From assembly GCA_040397175.1 (NCBI GenBank), contig JBBAWM010000001.1, positions 389,931 to 453,930 of the forward strand: a stretch of DNA of 64,000 nucleotides, in the 5' to 3' direction. This stretch comes from Candidatus Limnocylindrus sp. GTDB taxonomy: Bacteria; Chloroflexota; Limnocylindria; Limnocylindrales; Limnocylindraceae. The notes below the pieces were generated by a model that was not told where the DNA came from, did not search any database, and worked only from the letters and a program-made list of their open reading frames with translations. The translations under genes were made by a program, and so were the position numbers. The stretch's first letter is position 1; every line of letters begins with the position of its first letter. Below, in pieces: positions 12,697 through 29,502 of the stretch.

Positions 12697-13534
12697 CGCA
12701 CACGGGCACCTGCAGGCTGATCGATTCAACGACGACTACAAGCAGGTCGCGCAGCGCGCACGTGATGCGGGGATGGTCCGACTCTTGATTCCGTCGTACG
12801 GCATCAAAAGTTCTGAAGGAGCCTTTCGCATCGCGCCCGATCTCCCGTGGGCCGACCTTGCGATTGGCATTCATCCATATACCGCCGTCAGCGACGCGCC
12901 GGGTCGCGATGCGCTGCTGCAGCGGGCGACCGATCCTCGCGTGGCCGCGATTGGCGAAACAGGCCTCGACACTAAGCGTGATTTCGCGCCATTTGCGGCG
13001 CAGATCGAAAATCTAGAGGCACATATCGACGTTGCCACGACACTCGGGAAGCCGCTGATCCTGCACTGCCGATCGCTCGGTGATGGCGATGAGGCGCAGC
13101 GTCAGCTCATAGCGACGATCAAGAGCTCAAAGATCGGCGCACCGGGTGGTGCCAAGGCGTTCGGAGGTCGAATTCCGTTCGTCTTGCACAGCGCTTCGGG
13201 GAGCGCGGCCTATGTAGAGGAGGCACTCGCGCTCGGTGGGGCCGTCTCCATCTCTGGGTTGGCATTCCGCCCAGAAGAGTCGGCAACGGGGGAGTGGGTT
13301 CGGCTGATTCCGTCGGATCGCCTGCTGACGGAGACCGACGCGCCATGGCTCACCATGCCTGGGGCGCCAGACCCGCGCCGTAACGAGCCGGCGAATGTTG
13401 CCCTCACCCTCGCGTGGATCGCGGAGCGTCGCGGTGAAGCGGCTGAGCCGTTGTCGAGCACAATTGCCGAGAACTTTGACCGCATCTTTCCACGCGGCGA
13501 AGGCCTACCGCCACGCTTGGAGTTGGCACTCTAG
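12671..13534 (+). CDS. tatD: TatD-family DNase
   Basis: DAHGH, GIHP, IGETGLD, ILHCR, VLH, TETDAP, RNEP; conserved position after metG. Start is 12671 or 12680. Confidence 0.92.
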   Translation: MRSMPLLTDAHGHLQADRFNDDYKQVAQRARDAGMVRLLIPSYGIKSSEGAFRIAPDLPWADLAIGIHPYTAVSDAPGRDALLQRATDPRVAAIGETGLDTKRDFAPFAAQIENLEAHIDVATTLGKPLILHCRSLGDGDEAQRQLIATIKSSKIGAPGGAKAFGGRIPFVLHSASGSAAYVEEALALGGAVSISGLAFRPEESATGEWVRLIPSDRLLTETDAPWLTMPGAPDPRRNEPANVALTLAWIAERRGEAAEPLSSTIAENFDRIFPRGEGLPPRLELAL

Positions 13535-13549
13535 CCCTTAGAGTGCTAA
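13523..13549 (+). promoter_or_regulatory. CIRCE element (HrcA operator) overlapping the groES promoter
   Basis: TTGGCACTC-N9-GAGTGCTAA, one mismatch to TTAGCACTC-N9-GAGTGCTAA; overlaps candidate -35 TTGGCA and -10 TAACAT (13547-13552). Confidence 0.93.
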
Positions 13550-13624
13550 CATCTCCGCACGTGCCTCGTTCGCGTAGGCACAAGGTGCAGGGGCGGCGAA
13601 CCCGCCCACAAGGAGGTTCTACCA

Positions 13625-13924
13625 ATGGCCAAGAAGGCAGCACTCCGACCCCTCGGCGACCGCGTGGTCGTCAAGCCAGTCCCGCGCGATGAGAAGACCG
13701 CCAGCGGCATCATCCTGCCCGACACGGCGCAGGAGAAGCCACAGGAGGGCGAGGTCGTTGCTGTTGGGCCAGGCCGCATCCTCGATGATGGGAAGCGCGA
13801 GCCGATTGACGTGAAGGTGGGCGATCGCGTCCTGCACGCCAAGTACGCCGGCACCGAGTTCAAGATCGATGGCGATGAGTTCCTCATCGTCGGCGCCAAG
13901 GACATCTTGGCCGTCGTCGACTGA
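13625..13924 (+). CDS. groES: Co-chaperonin GroES
   Basis: [37 protein letters not shown]; SD AGGAGG. Confidence 0.99.
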   Translation: MAKKAALRPLGDRVVVKPVPRDEKTASGIILPDTAQEKPQEGEVVAVGPGRILDDGKREPIDVKVGDRVLHAKYAGTEFKIDGDEFLIVGAKDILAVVD

Positions 13925-13958
13925 CCAACGACCTACCGAAGTAATCCAACCCAAGTAG

Positions 13959-17812
<3,854 letters not shown>

Positions 17813-17823
17813 CCCTGCTCTGT

Positions 17824-17866
17824 CGCCGCCGCCTGGTCGGTGTAACCGGCCAGGGTGGGGGCGGCG
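17824..17866 (+). terminator. GC-rich stem-loop after katG (possible terminator without U-tract)
   Basis: CCTGGTCGGT-gta-ACCGGCCAGG inside CGCCGCC/GGCGGCG arms; abuts the pcrA -10 box. Confidence 0.4.
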
Positions 17867-17879
17867 GTAGAATATGGGG

Positions 17880-22621
<4,742 letters not shown>

Positions 22622-22630
22622 GATTCCCGC

Positions 22631-22936
22631 ATGAGTGACCTAACCCGTGCCGAAGTAGAACGCGTCGCCGCACTGGCACGCCTCGGCCTCACCAGCGATG
22701 AGTTGGGGAAGCTTCAGGGTGATCTGAACCTCATCCTTGAGCAGTGGGCGCACCTCGCCGACGTTGACACCTCGAGCGTGCCGCCAAGCGCACAGACGAT
22801 CGTCCAGGCGATGCCGCTGCGTGACGACGTCGCTGAGCCCTCTCTCCCCGTTGACGATGCCCTCCAGAACGCACCAGCGCGGAGCGGCGACTTTGTGCGC
22901 GTGCAGGCGATTCTCTCCGAGGAGGCCGACGGATGA
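22631..22936 (+). CDS. gatC: Asp/Glu-tRNA amidotransferase subunit C
   Basis: EVERVAALARL...LRDD...ALQNAP...FVRVQAIL; directly before gatA. Confidence 0.95.
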   Translation: MSDLTRAEVERVAALARLGLTSDELGKLQGDLNLILEQWAHLADVDTSSVPPSAQTIVQAMPLRDDVAEPSLPVDDALQNAPARSGDFVRVQAILSEEADG

Positions 22937-24480
22937 GCGGGGAGGGCCTCCGCCGCGCAACCGCAACAGAGCTTCGTGCCGGATTCCAATCGGGTGCCGC
23001 AACCTCGCGCGCCGTCACCGACGAACTCTTTGCCGCCATTGAACGAGAGGATGGCGTCCTTGGCGCATGGCTCCATCTTCGGCACGAAGAGGCGCGCGCG
23101 GAGGCCGATCGCGCTGATGCGCGCTACGCAGCCGCACGTGCCGCTGGTGCCGCGGCGCTCAACGAACTCCCGGCACTCCTTGGCGTCCCCGTTGCACTGA
23201 AAGATCTCGTCAACCTCACCGGAACGCCCACCACTGCGGGCTCGCGAATCCTGGAGGGGTACATCAGCCCCTACGACGCAACCATCGCTGCGCGGCTGAA
23301 GGAGGCGGGTGCAGTGATTCTTGGCAAGACCAACATGGACGAGTTTGCGATGGGATCATCGACCGAGTTCTCGGCATACAAGAAGACGGTGAATCCGTGG
23401 GACATTGATCGCGTGCCGGGCGGATCCTCGGGCGGCTCATCCGCCGCTGTGGCCGCGTTCCATGCCCCGCTCTCGATTGGCACCGACACCGGAGGATCCA
23501 TTCGTCAGCCGGCGAGCCTCACCGGCATCGTCGGCATGAAGCCGACCTACGGTCGCGTCTCGCGTTACGGGATTGTCGCCTTTGCATCATCACTGGACCA
23601 GGTCGGCCCGTTTGCTCGGACGGCGCAAGATGCAGGGCTCCTGCTGCACACGATTGCGGGCGCCGATACCCATGACGCCACGAGTTCGCGTATTCCACTC
23701 GACGCTGCCCTGTTAAACCTTCCCAGCGGTGATGCCGCCGCATCGGCGATTCGCGGCAAGCGATTTGCCCTGCCGAAGGAGTACTTCGTTGCTGGCATGG
23801 AGGCTGGCGTTGAGCGCGCCGTGCGCGACGCAGTCGCCGCACTCGAGGCTGCTGGCGGTATCGTCGACGAGGTTAGCCTGCCCACCACAGAGCATGCGCT
23901 CGCTACCTACTACATTGTTGCGCCAGCAGAGGCTTCAGCAAACCTTGCCCGCTACGACGGGATTCGCTACGGCGCATCGAAGCACGGCGGTGGAGATTTG
24001 CTGAACGGCTACCTCGAGACGCGCGGCCGTGGGTTTGGGCCAGAGGTGCGACGCCGCATCATGTTGGGCACCTACGCACTCTCTGCCGGCTACTACGACG
24101 CCTATTACGTCAAGGCGCAGAAGGTGCGCACCTTGATCGCGCGCGACTTTGATCGTATTTGGGCTGCGGGCTTTGACGCCATCGTGGCGCCGACGAGCCC
24201 GCAGGTTGCCTGGAAGTTCGGCGCCAAGATGAGCGATCCCGTCTCCATGTATCTCGCAGATGCGTGCACCTTGCCGGCAAACATGGCCGGTCTTCCAGGG
24301 GTGAGCATCCCGTGTGGCCTCTCTGAGAACCTACCAGTGGGCCTGCAGCTGATCGGCAAGCCATGGTCGGAAGCCGAACTGCTCAGCATCTCGGCCGGGT
24401 ACGAGGCGCTCACCGCAACTGCCGCATGGCGCACAGTGGCGCCGCACAACCTGGCGAAGCTCGGTGGAGGTGCAGCATGA
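22933..24480 (+). CDS. gatA: Asp/Glu-tRNA amidotransferase subunit A
   Basis: PVALKD, GKTNMDEFAMGSSTE, PGGSSGGS, GTDTGGSIRQPA, NLARYDGIRYG, RRIMLGTYALS. Confidence 0.98.
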   Translation: MSGEGLRRATATELRAGFQSGAATSRAVTDELFAAIEREDGVLGAWLHLRHEEARAEADRADARYAAARAAGAAALNELPALLGVPVALKDLVNLTGTPTTAGSRILEGYISPYDATIAARLKEAGAVILGKTNMDEFAMGSSTEFSAYKKTVNPWDIDRVPGGSSGGSSAAVAAFHAPLSIGTDTGGSIRQPASLTGIVGMKPTYGRVSRYGIVAFASSLDQVGPFARTAQDAGLLLHTIAGADTHDATSSRIPLDAALLNLPSGDAAASAIRGKRFALPKEYFVAGMEAGVERAVRDAVAALEAAGGIVDEVSLPTTEHALATYYIVAPAEASANLARYDGIRYGASKHGGGDLLNGYLETRGRGFGPEVRRRIMLGTYALSAGYYDAYYVKAQKVRTLIARDFDRIWAAGFDAIVAPTSPQVAWKFGAKMSDPVSMYLADACTLPANMAGLPGVSIPCGLSENLPVGLQLIGKPWSEAELLSISAGYEALTATAAWRTVAPHNLAKLGGGAA

Positions 24481-25661
24481 GCGATTTTGCGAAGCGCGCA
24501 CTTGCTGATCGTGTTCACGCGGTGCCGCCCTCTGGTATCCGACGCTTCTTCGATATCGCCGCAACGATGACGGACGTGATAAGCCTAGGCGTTGGAGAGC
24601 CCGACTTCGACACCCCAGCACACATCATCGAGGCGGCGGTGACGAGCCTGCGCGCTGGACGCACCCACTACACCTCGAACTACGGCACCATCGAACTGCG
24701 CCGCGCCATCGCCGCGAAGATCCAGGAGCGCTCCGGAGTGAGCTACGACCCAGAGTGCGAGATCATCGTGACCATCGGTGCCTCTGAGGCGGTCGACCTT
24801 GCCGTTCGCGGCATCATTGGTGCGGGTGATCGCATCGTGCTGCCAGAGCCGTCGTACGTCGCCTACCTACCCGCCGTGGTCTTTGCGGGTGGTACCGCCG
24901 TGCCAGTGGCAACGAGCGCCACGGATAACTGGCGCCTCCACGCTGACGCGGTAGAGGCAGCCGCCGTGGGCGCAAAGGCGCTCTTCCTGGGCTACCCGTC
25001 GAACCCAACGGGGGCCACCCTCGACGAACCGACCCGCGAGGCGCTCGCCAAGATCGCTGTGGCACGCGACCTGGTGGTGATTAGCGATGAGATCTATGAC
25101 CGACTCGTCTACGAGGGTCCGGCGCACCGCGCGATGTCGGCCTACCCAGGGATGCGCGAACGGACGATCTTGATCGGCGGCTTCTCGAAGTCCTACGCCA
25201 TGACGGGGTGGCGCGTCGGCTTCCTCTGCGCGCCGAAGGAGATCGTGGCAGGGCTCGTCAAGATTCACCAGTACGCGATCATGAGCGCCCCAACGATTGC
25301 GCAGGATGCAGCGCTCGAGGCGCTAACCAACGGCGAGCCAGCACTCGAAGAGATGCGCGTCGCCTACGCGCGACGTCGCACGATCGTCCTCGATTGTCTC
25401 GCCGCCCTCAACCTGCCAACAGGCGCGCCACAGGGCGCCTTCTACGCCTTCCCTGACATTCGCTCAACGGGGCTCACTGACGAGCAGTTCGCCGAGCGAC
25501 TTCTTACCGAGGAGCGCGTCGCGGTGATTCCAGGCTCCTCGTTCGGCGCCAGTGGCGTTGGCCATGTGCGCATCTGCTACGCCACCTCGGAAGAGAATCT
25601 CCACGAGGCGCTGGTGCGCATCTCACGCTTCGTCGCCAAGGCACGCGGGGTGGCGGCATGA
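24477..25661 (+). CDS. PLP-dependent class I/II aminotransferase (AspC/PatA/AlaA-like)
   Basis: SLGVGEPDFDTP, PSNPTG, SDEIY, GFSKSYAMTGWRVG, GAFYAF; ATG 24477 in an ATGA overlap with gatA, after GGAGG. Confidence 0.93.
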   Translation: MSDFAKRALADRVHAVPPSGIRRFFDIAATMTDVISLGVGEPDFDTPAHIIEAAVTSLRAGRTHYTSNYGTIELRRAIAAKIQERSGVSYDPECEIIVTIGASEAVDLAVRGIIGAGDRIVLPEPSYVAYLPAVVFAGGTAVPVATSATDNWRLHADAVEAAAVGAKALFLGYPSNPTGATLDEPTREALAKIAVARDLVVISDEIYDRLVYEGPAHRAMSAYPGMRERTILIGGFSKSYAMTGWRVGFLCAPKEIVAGLVKIHQYAIMSAPTIAQDAALEALTNGEPALEEMRVAYARRRTIVLDCLAALNLPTGAPQGAFYAFPDIRSTGLTDEQFAERLLTEERVAVIPGSSFGASGVGHVRICYATSEENLHEALVRISRFVAKARGVAA

Positions 25662-27091
25662 CCTGGCATGCGGTGATCGGCATCGAGGTGCACGTGCAGC
25701 TGCGCACCGTGACGAAGATGTTCTGCGCCTGCGCAATTCCCGCCGAAGGGGATCTGCCGAACAGCAAGACCTGCCCAACCTGTCTTGGCCTTCCTGGCGC
25801 ACTCCCGGTGCCAAATAAGGCGGCCATCGAGAAGGTTCTCAGCGTCGGTGCTGCGATCGGTGCCGCCGCGCCGGCTACCACGATCTGGGATCGCAAGAAC
25901 TACTTCTACCCAGACCTGCCAAAGGGGTATCAGATCAGCCAGCTCGATTTCCCGCTCGCCGAGCATGGAACCATTGAGGTCACGACGAGCGCCGGCACGA
26001 GCCGCGTGCGCATTTGCCGTGCCCACCTCGAAGAGGATACGGCGCGCCTCCGCCACGAGAAGGGGAGCGACGGGAAGCGCTCAAGCCTCATCGACTACAA
26101 CCGTTCAGGCGTCGCGCTCCTCGAGATCGTGACGGAGCCCGACATTCGCGATGCGGAGACGGCCCGCCGCTACGCCGAAGAGTTGCGCCTCCTGCTGCGC
26201 ACGATCGGCGCCGCCGATGCCGAGATGGAGAACGGGCAGATGCGCGTTGAGGCGAACGTGTCGATTCGCCCAAGTGAGGATGCCCCATTCGGTACGCGCA
26301 CCGAGGTGAAGAACATGAACTCCTTCCGCTCGGTGGAGAAGGCGATCGCCTTCGAGATCGCTCGGCAGGCTCAGATCCTCGAGGCGGGAGGGTCGATCAC
26401 CCAAGAGACACGCGGTTGGGACGAATCCAGCGAAACCACCTACACGATGCGCGCCAAGGAGAACTCGCACGACTATCGCTACTTCCCTGAGCCCGATCTG
26501 CCGCCGCTCACCATCGATCCGAGCTGGTTCGCAGGCATCGTCGCAAACATCCCCGAGATCCCTTCTGCCCGAAGAGCGCGCTACGTCGAACAGCTTGCAC
26601 TCTCTGACTACGATGCCGCCGTCCTTGTTGGGGAGCCACGCGCCGCCGCGCTCTTCGAAGCGTCACGTGCTGCAGATGCAACGATCGATGCGAAGACCCT
26701 CGCGAACTGGGTCACGGGCGAATATCTCCGAGCAGCGAACGAGGGGGCTGCAGAGCCCGATCCGGTCCAGTTCGCCGCGTTGATCGGGGCGGTCTCGCGC
26801 AAGGAGATCAATGGCACGACAGGGAAAGAGCTCTTCGCCGAACTTCTTCGGGGCAGCTTTGATGTGCGCGCGGCGATCGCTGAGCGCGGCCTCGGGCAGA
26901 TTAGCGACGATGGGGCGCTCAGGAAACTCGCCGCCGAGGTACTCGCGGCGAATCCGCAGGCGCTCGCCGACTGGAAGGCGGGGAAGCAGCAGGCGATCGG
27001 ATTCTTGGTTGGCCAAGCGATGAAGGCAAGTAAAGGTCGAGGCGATGCAGCCCAGCTCGGAGCCGTCTTTAAGACCCTTCTGGACGCCTAG
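25658..27091 (+). CDS. gatB: Asp/Glu-tRNA amidotransferase subunit B
   Basis: IGIEVHVQL, KMFC, PGALPVPN, RKNYFYPDLPKGYQISQ, HLEED, EIVTEPD, EVKNMNS, DYRYFPEPDL. Confidence 0.98.
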   Translation: MTWHAVIGIEVHVQLRTVTKMFCACAIPAEGDLPNSKTCPTCLGLPGALPVPNKAAIEKVLSVGAAIGAAAPATTIWDRKNYFYPDLPKGYQISQLDFPLAEHGTIEVTTSAGTSRVRICRAHLEEDTARLRHEKGSDGKRSSLIDYNRSGVALLEIVTEPDIRDAETARRYAEELRLLLRTIGAADAEMENGQMRVEANVSIRPSEDAPFGTRTEVKNMNSFRSVEKAIAFEIARQAQILEAGGSITQETRGWDESSETTYTMRAKENSHDYRYFPEPDLPPLTIDPSWFAGIVANIPEIPSARRARYVEQLALSDYDAAVLVGEPRAAALFEASRAADATIDAKTLANWVTGEYLRAANEGAAEPDPVQFAALIGAVSRKEINGTTGKELFAELLRGSFDVRAAIAERGLGQISDDGALRKLAAEVLAANPQALADWKAGKQQAIGFLVGQAMKASKGRGDAAQLGAVFKTLLDA

Positions 27092-27364
27092 GTGCTCGAT
27101 CTGGTTCGTCTCTTCGCAGGTGCGCTCGGCCTTGCCGGGTTTGGCTACCTCGCACTTCGTCTCCCCCCGCTGCTTCGAGCGCGAACGGAGTGGGCGAATC
27201 GCGTTGGCGCTGCAACACGCTATGAGGCGTGGCGTGGAACCCCGGGGAGTGGCCCCGACCTTGCGGATCGTCTTGAGGGCGAACTCATCGCGAATCGACT
27301 CCGCAGACTGATCGGCGTTGGAGTGGCGTCGATCGCAGGAGTCTTGCTGGCCCTGCTGACCTAG
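27092..27364 (+). CDS. Hypothetical small membrane protein (two hydrophobic segments)
   Basis: GTG immediately after the gatB stop; N- and C-terminal hydrophobic helices; fills the gap exactly to the convergent gene. Confidence 0.65.
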   Translation: MLDLVRLFAGALGLAGFGYLALRLPPLLRARTEWANRVGAATRYEAWRGTPGSGPDLADRLEGELIANRLRRLIGVGVASIAGVLLALLT

Positions 27365-28197
27365 TCCCCGTACGCGACGTCGGGGAGAGGGAGGTTCCAT
27401 GCGGTGGCGCTGGCTCCTGCCGCCTGGCCGGCGGCCACGGACTCACCCAGCGTTGAACCAGCCTGGTACGCCATCAAGAATGCGGCGATAAAGGCGTCCC
27501 CGCATCCAATGGTGCTCCCCGCAACTGGAACGGCAACCGTGGGGTAAAACGTCTCCGAGCCGCTCACGCCGTCTACGACTAGGACCCCCTGCGACCCAAG
27601 TGTGATCACCGCGATCTTCCGCGCGTCGAGAACGGACTCACGCACCTCCGCAAGTGACGCGTCCTCTCGTAATCCGGGCCAGCCGATAAAGGCGAGATCC
27701 AGGTGCGCGAGTGTGTCGCGGAATCGCTCCGGCGTGTAATGGCGAAATCCAAGGAAATCCGCGCTAACCGTGAGATGTGCAAGGTGCCCTGACGCCGAGA
27801 GTCGCCCGAGCTCGGCGATCGCTCCTTCGACGAGGACGGTATGCCAATGCGTTGCACTCGTGAGGGCTGCCAGCTCTTCCGCGGTGGAGTGCACGACCTC
27901 CCACACGCCTTCGACGTAGTTGTCCATCTGCGGTTGGCGATCGATTCCGATACGAATATCAATGGATGAACTCTCCCCTGGGGCGACGAGCGATGCCGGG
28001 AGATGCGGAATCCGATTGCGCTCAAGGAAGGGTACGAAGAGGTGCTGGTCGCTTGAGCCGATCCGCGTTTGAAGGAGAAACTCCTTGCCGGCAGCTGCCC
28101 AGTGGTACGCCATGTTCAAGACGCCACCCCCAGGTAGGGTGCGGCAGCTCTCAAGATATCGATCGCGACTGGCGGTGCCGAAGAGGATGCTGCTCAC
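27361..28197 (-). CDS. PfkB/ribokinase-family kinase (fructoselysine 6-kinase-like)
   Basis: GGGVLNMA, VITLGSQG, C-terminal STIGCGDAFIAAF (anion hole and catalytic Asp); GTG 28197 in a GTGA overlap with the upstream gene. Confidence 0.8.
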   Translation of the reverse strand: MSSILFGTASRDRYLESCRTLPGGGVLNMAYHWAAAGKEFLLQTRIGSSDQHLFVPFLERNRIPHLPASLVAPGESSSIDIRIGIDRQPQMDNYVEGVWEVVHSTAEELAALTSATHWHTVLVEGAIAELGRLSASGHLAHLTVSADFLGFRHYTPERFRDTLAHLDLAFIGWPGLREDASLAEVRESVLDARKIAVITLGSQGVLVVDGVSGSETFYPTVAVPVAGSTIGCGDAFIAAFLMAYQAGSTLGESVAAGQAAGASATAWNLPLPDVAYGD

Positions 28198-28940
28198 AGC
28201 CCCGCAAGTGGCGCGGATCGGGCCTCGCCCGAGGCGAGGAACCGATCCAGGCGCACCTCCACAATCTTGCTCGACTGCCAGAACGCCTCGATGGAGAGAT
28301 GGCCACACCCCTCTTCGTGATACCACTCGCGTCGCCCTGGAGTCGTCGTGATGAGCGCCGGATCGTGCGCAGGAACTACCGCCGGATTGAGCATGTAGCC
28401 AGCGGAGAGGGGATCACGAATCTGCAGCAGCCCATCACCACGGAAGCCGCTGGATCGTGGTGCGCGCACTCGTTCACCGGTTCCAAAATCGAGAAGGTCG
28501 ACGGTCTCCTCTGGAGTCGGTGTCACGTTCGGCCATGCTGGATCACCCACGAGTTCCGCTATCACGCGGCGCACCGAGATGTCCTGGTAGTGGTTCATGG
28601 CGGTGTGCGGCTGTTCGTAGTCGTTGTCGTACACATTCGTGGGGTTATCGTCATACACGTTGCCGCAGGCCTCAACGAGGAAGTGCACGAGCTCGGGTCG
28701 GTCGCGTAGGTAGCGTCGATACGCCTCTTCGTACTCAAGGATTGCGACAGCGCGGGGCACAATCGTGCCACGCACGACATGGGAGATCCTCCAGCCATCA
28801 CTACCGAATCGTTCGCTCAGGAGCGCGTTCCAACGCGCCTTCTCGGCACCAGCGAACCCTGGAAGCCCAACCGGGATCCAGATCGACGTGAGACGACGTA
28901 CCGTCGCCTCAGAAAGGTCCTCCTGCCACTTCGAACTCAC
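28194..28940 (-). CDS. Hypothetical soluble protein, 248 aa
   Basis: Globular composition rich in Y/W/D/N/H; GTGA overlaps on both sides; no family recognised. Confidence 0.8.
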   Translation of the reverse strand: MSSKWQEDLSEATVRRLTSIWIPVGLPGFAGAEKARWNALLSERFGSDGWRISHVVRGTIVPRAVAILEYEEAYRRYLRDRPELVHFLVEACGNVYDDNPTNVYDNDYEQPHTAMNHYQDISVRRVIAELVGDPAWPNVTPTPEETVDLLDFGTGERVRAPRSSGFRGDGLLQIRDPLSAGYMLNPAVVPAHDPALITTTPGRREWYHEEGCGHLSIEAFWQSSKIVEVRLDRFLASGEARSAPLAGL

Positions 28941-29467
28941 GCTGGGACCTGCGCATCGGGACCAGAGATCCCAAGTCGTGGAATCTCAATGGCGGGGCAG
29001 CGATCTTGCACAAACGGAATAGATGCTTCAGCGGCAATCGATGCAGCGGCTGGGCTGATCACCCCAAGCTGGAGCCAAAGCCCACCTGCGCCAATGGCGA
29101 CGGTTTCGCGTGCCACCTCCTCGCACTCCTCGGAGCGACGAAAGACGTCAACGAGATCGATCCGTTCGCCAGCCGGTAGCGAGGCGGCAGCGGCACGAAG
29201 CGTGGGGAAGCAGGGGAGGCCTGCGACGCCGTCGCGCAGCGCCTCGGGGGTTGGGTTAATCGGGAGGATCCTCCATCCCGCCGCGGCCAGTGTGCGCAAG
29301 ACGCCGTGTGAAGGGCGGTCGGGGCGCGGCGAGGCGCCAACGATCGCGATGGTTCGACTCTCCGTCAACATGCGGCGCATGAGCGCGTCTGCTGCGGCGG
29401 GTCCTGGGGCGCCCCCCTCGGCGGCCTCAATGGCTGCCCGTAGTCGTGCGCGTTCCTGCTCATCCAT
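28937..29467 (-). CDS. CoA-binding protein (YccU family)
   Basis: TIAIVGASPRPDRPS, PINP, IDLVDVFRR, WLQLGV, VQDRC motifs. Confidence 0.9.
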   Translation of the reverse strand: MDEQERARLRAAIEAAEGGAPGPAAADALMRRMLTESRTIAIVGASPRPDRPSHGVLRTLAAAGWRILPINPTPEALRDGVAGLPCFPTLRAAAASLPAGERIDLVDVFRRSEECEEVARETVAIGAGGLWLQLGVISPAAASIAAEASIPFVQDRCPAIEIPRLGISGPDAQVPA

Positions 29468-29502
29468 AGGGGGATAGTACGCCGATCGCTAGACTGCCCC
29501 AC
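29468..29502. promoter_or_regulatory. Back-to-back leaderless promoters (CoA-binding operon and dnaE)
   Basis: Minus-strand TACTAT (29474-29479) lies 6 nt before ATG 29467; plus-strand TAGACT (29490-29495) lies 7 nt before GTG 29503. Confidence 0.65.
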
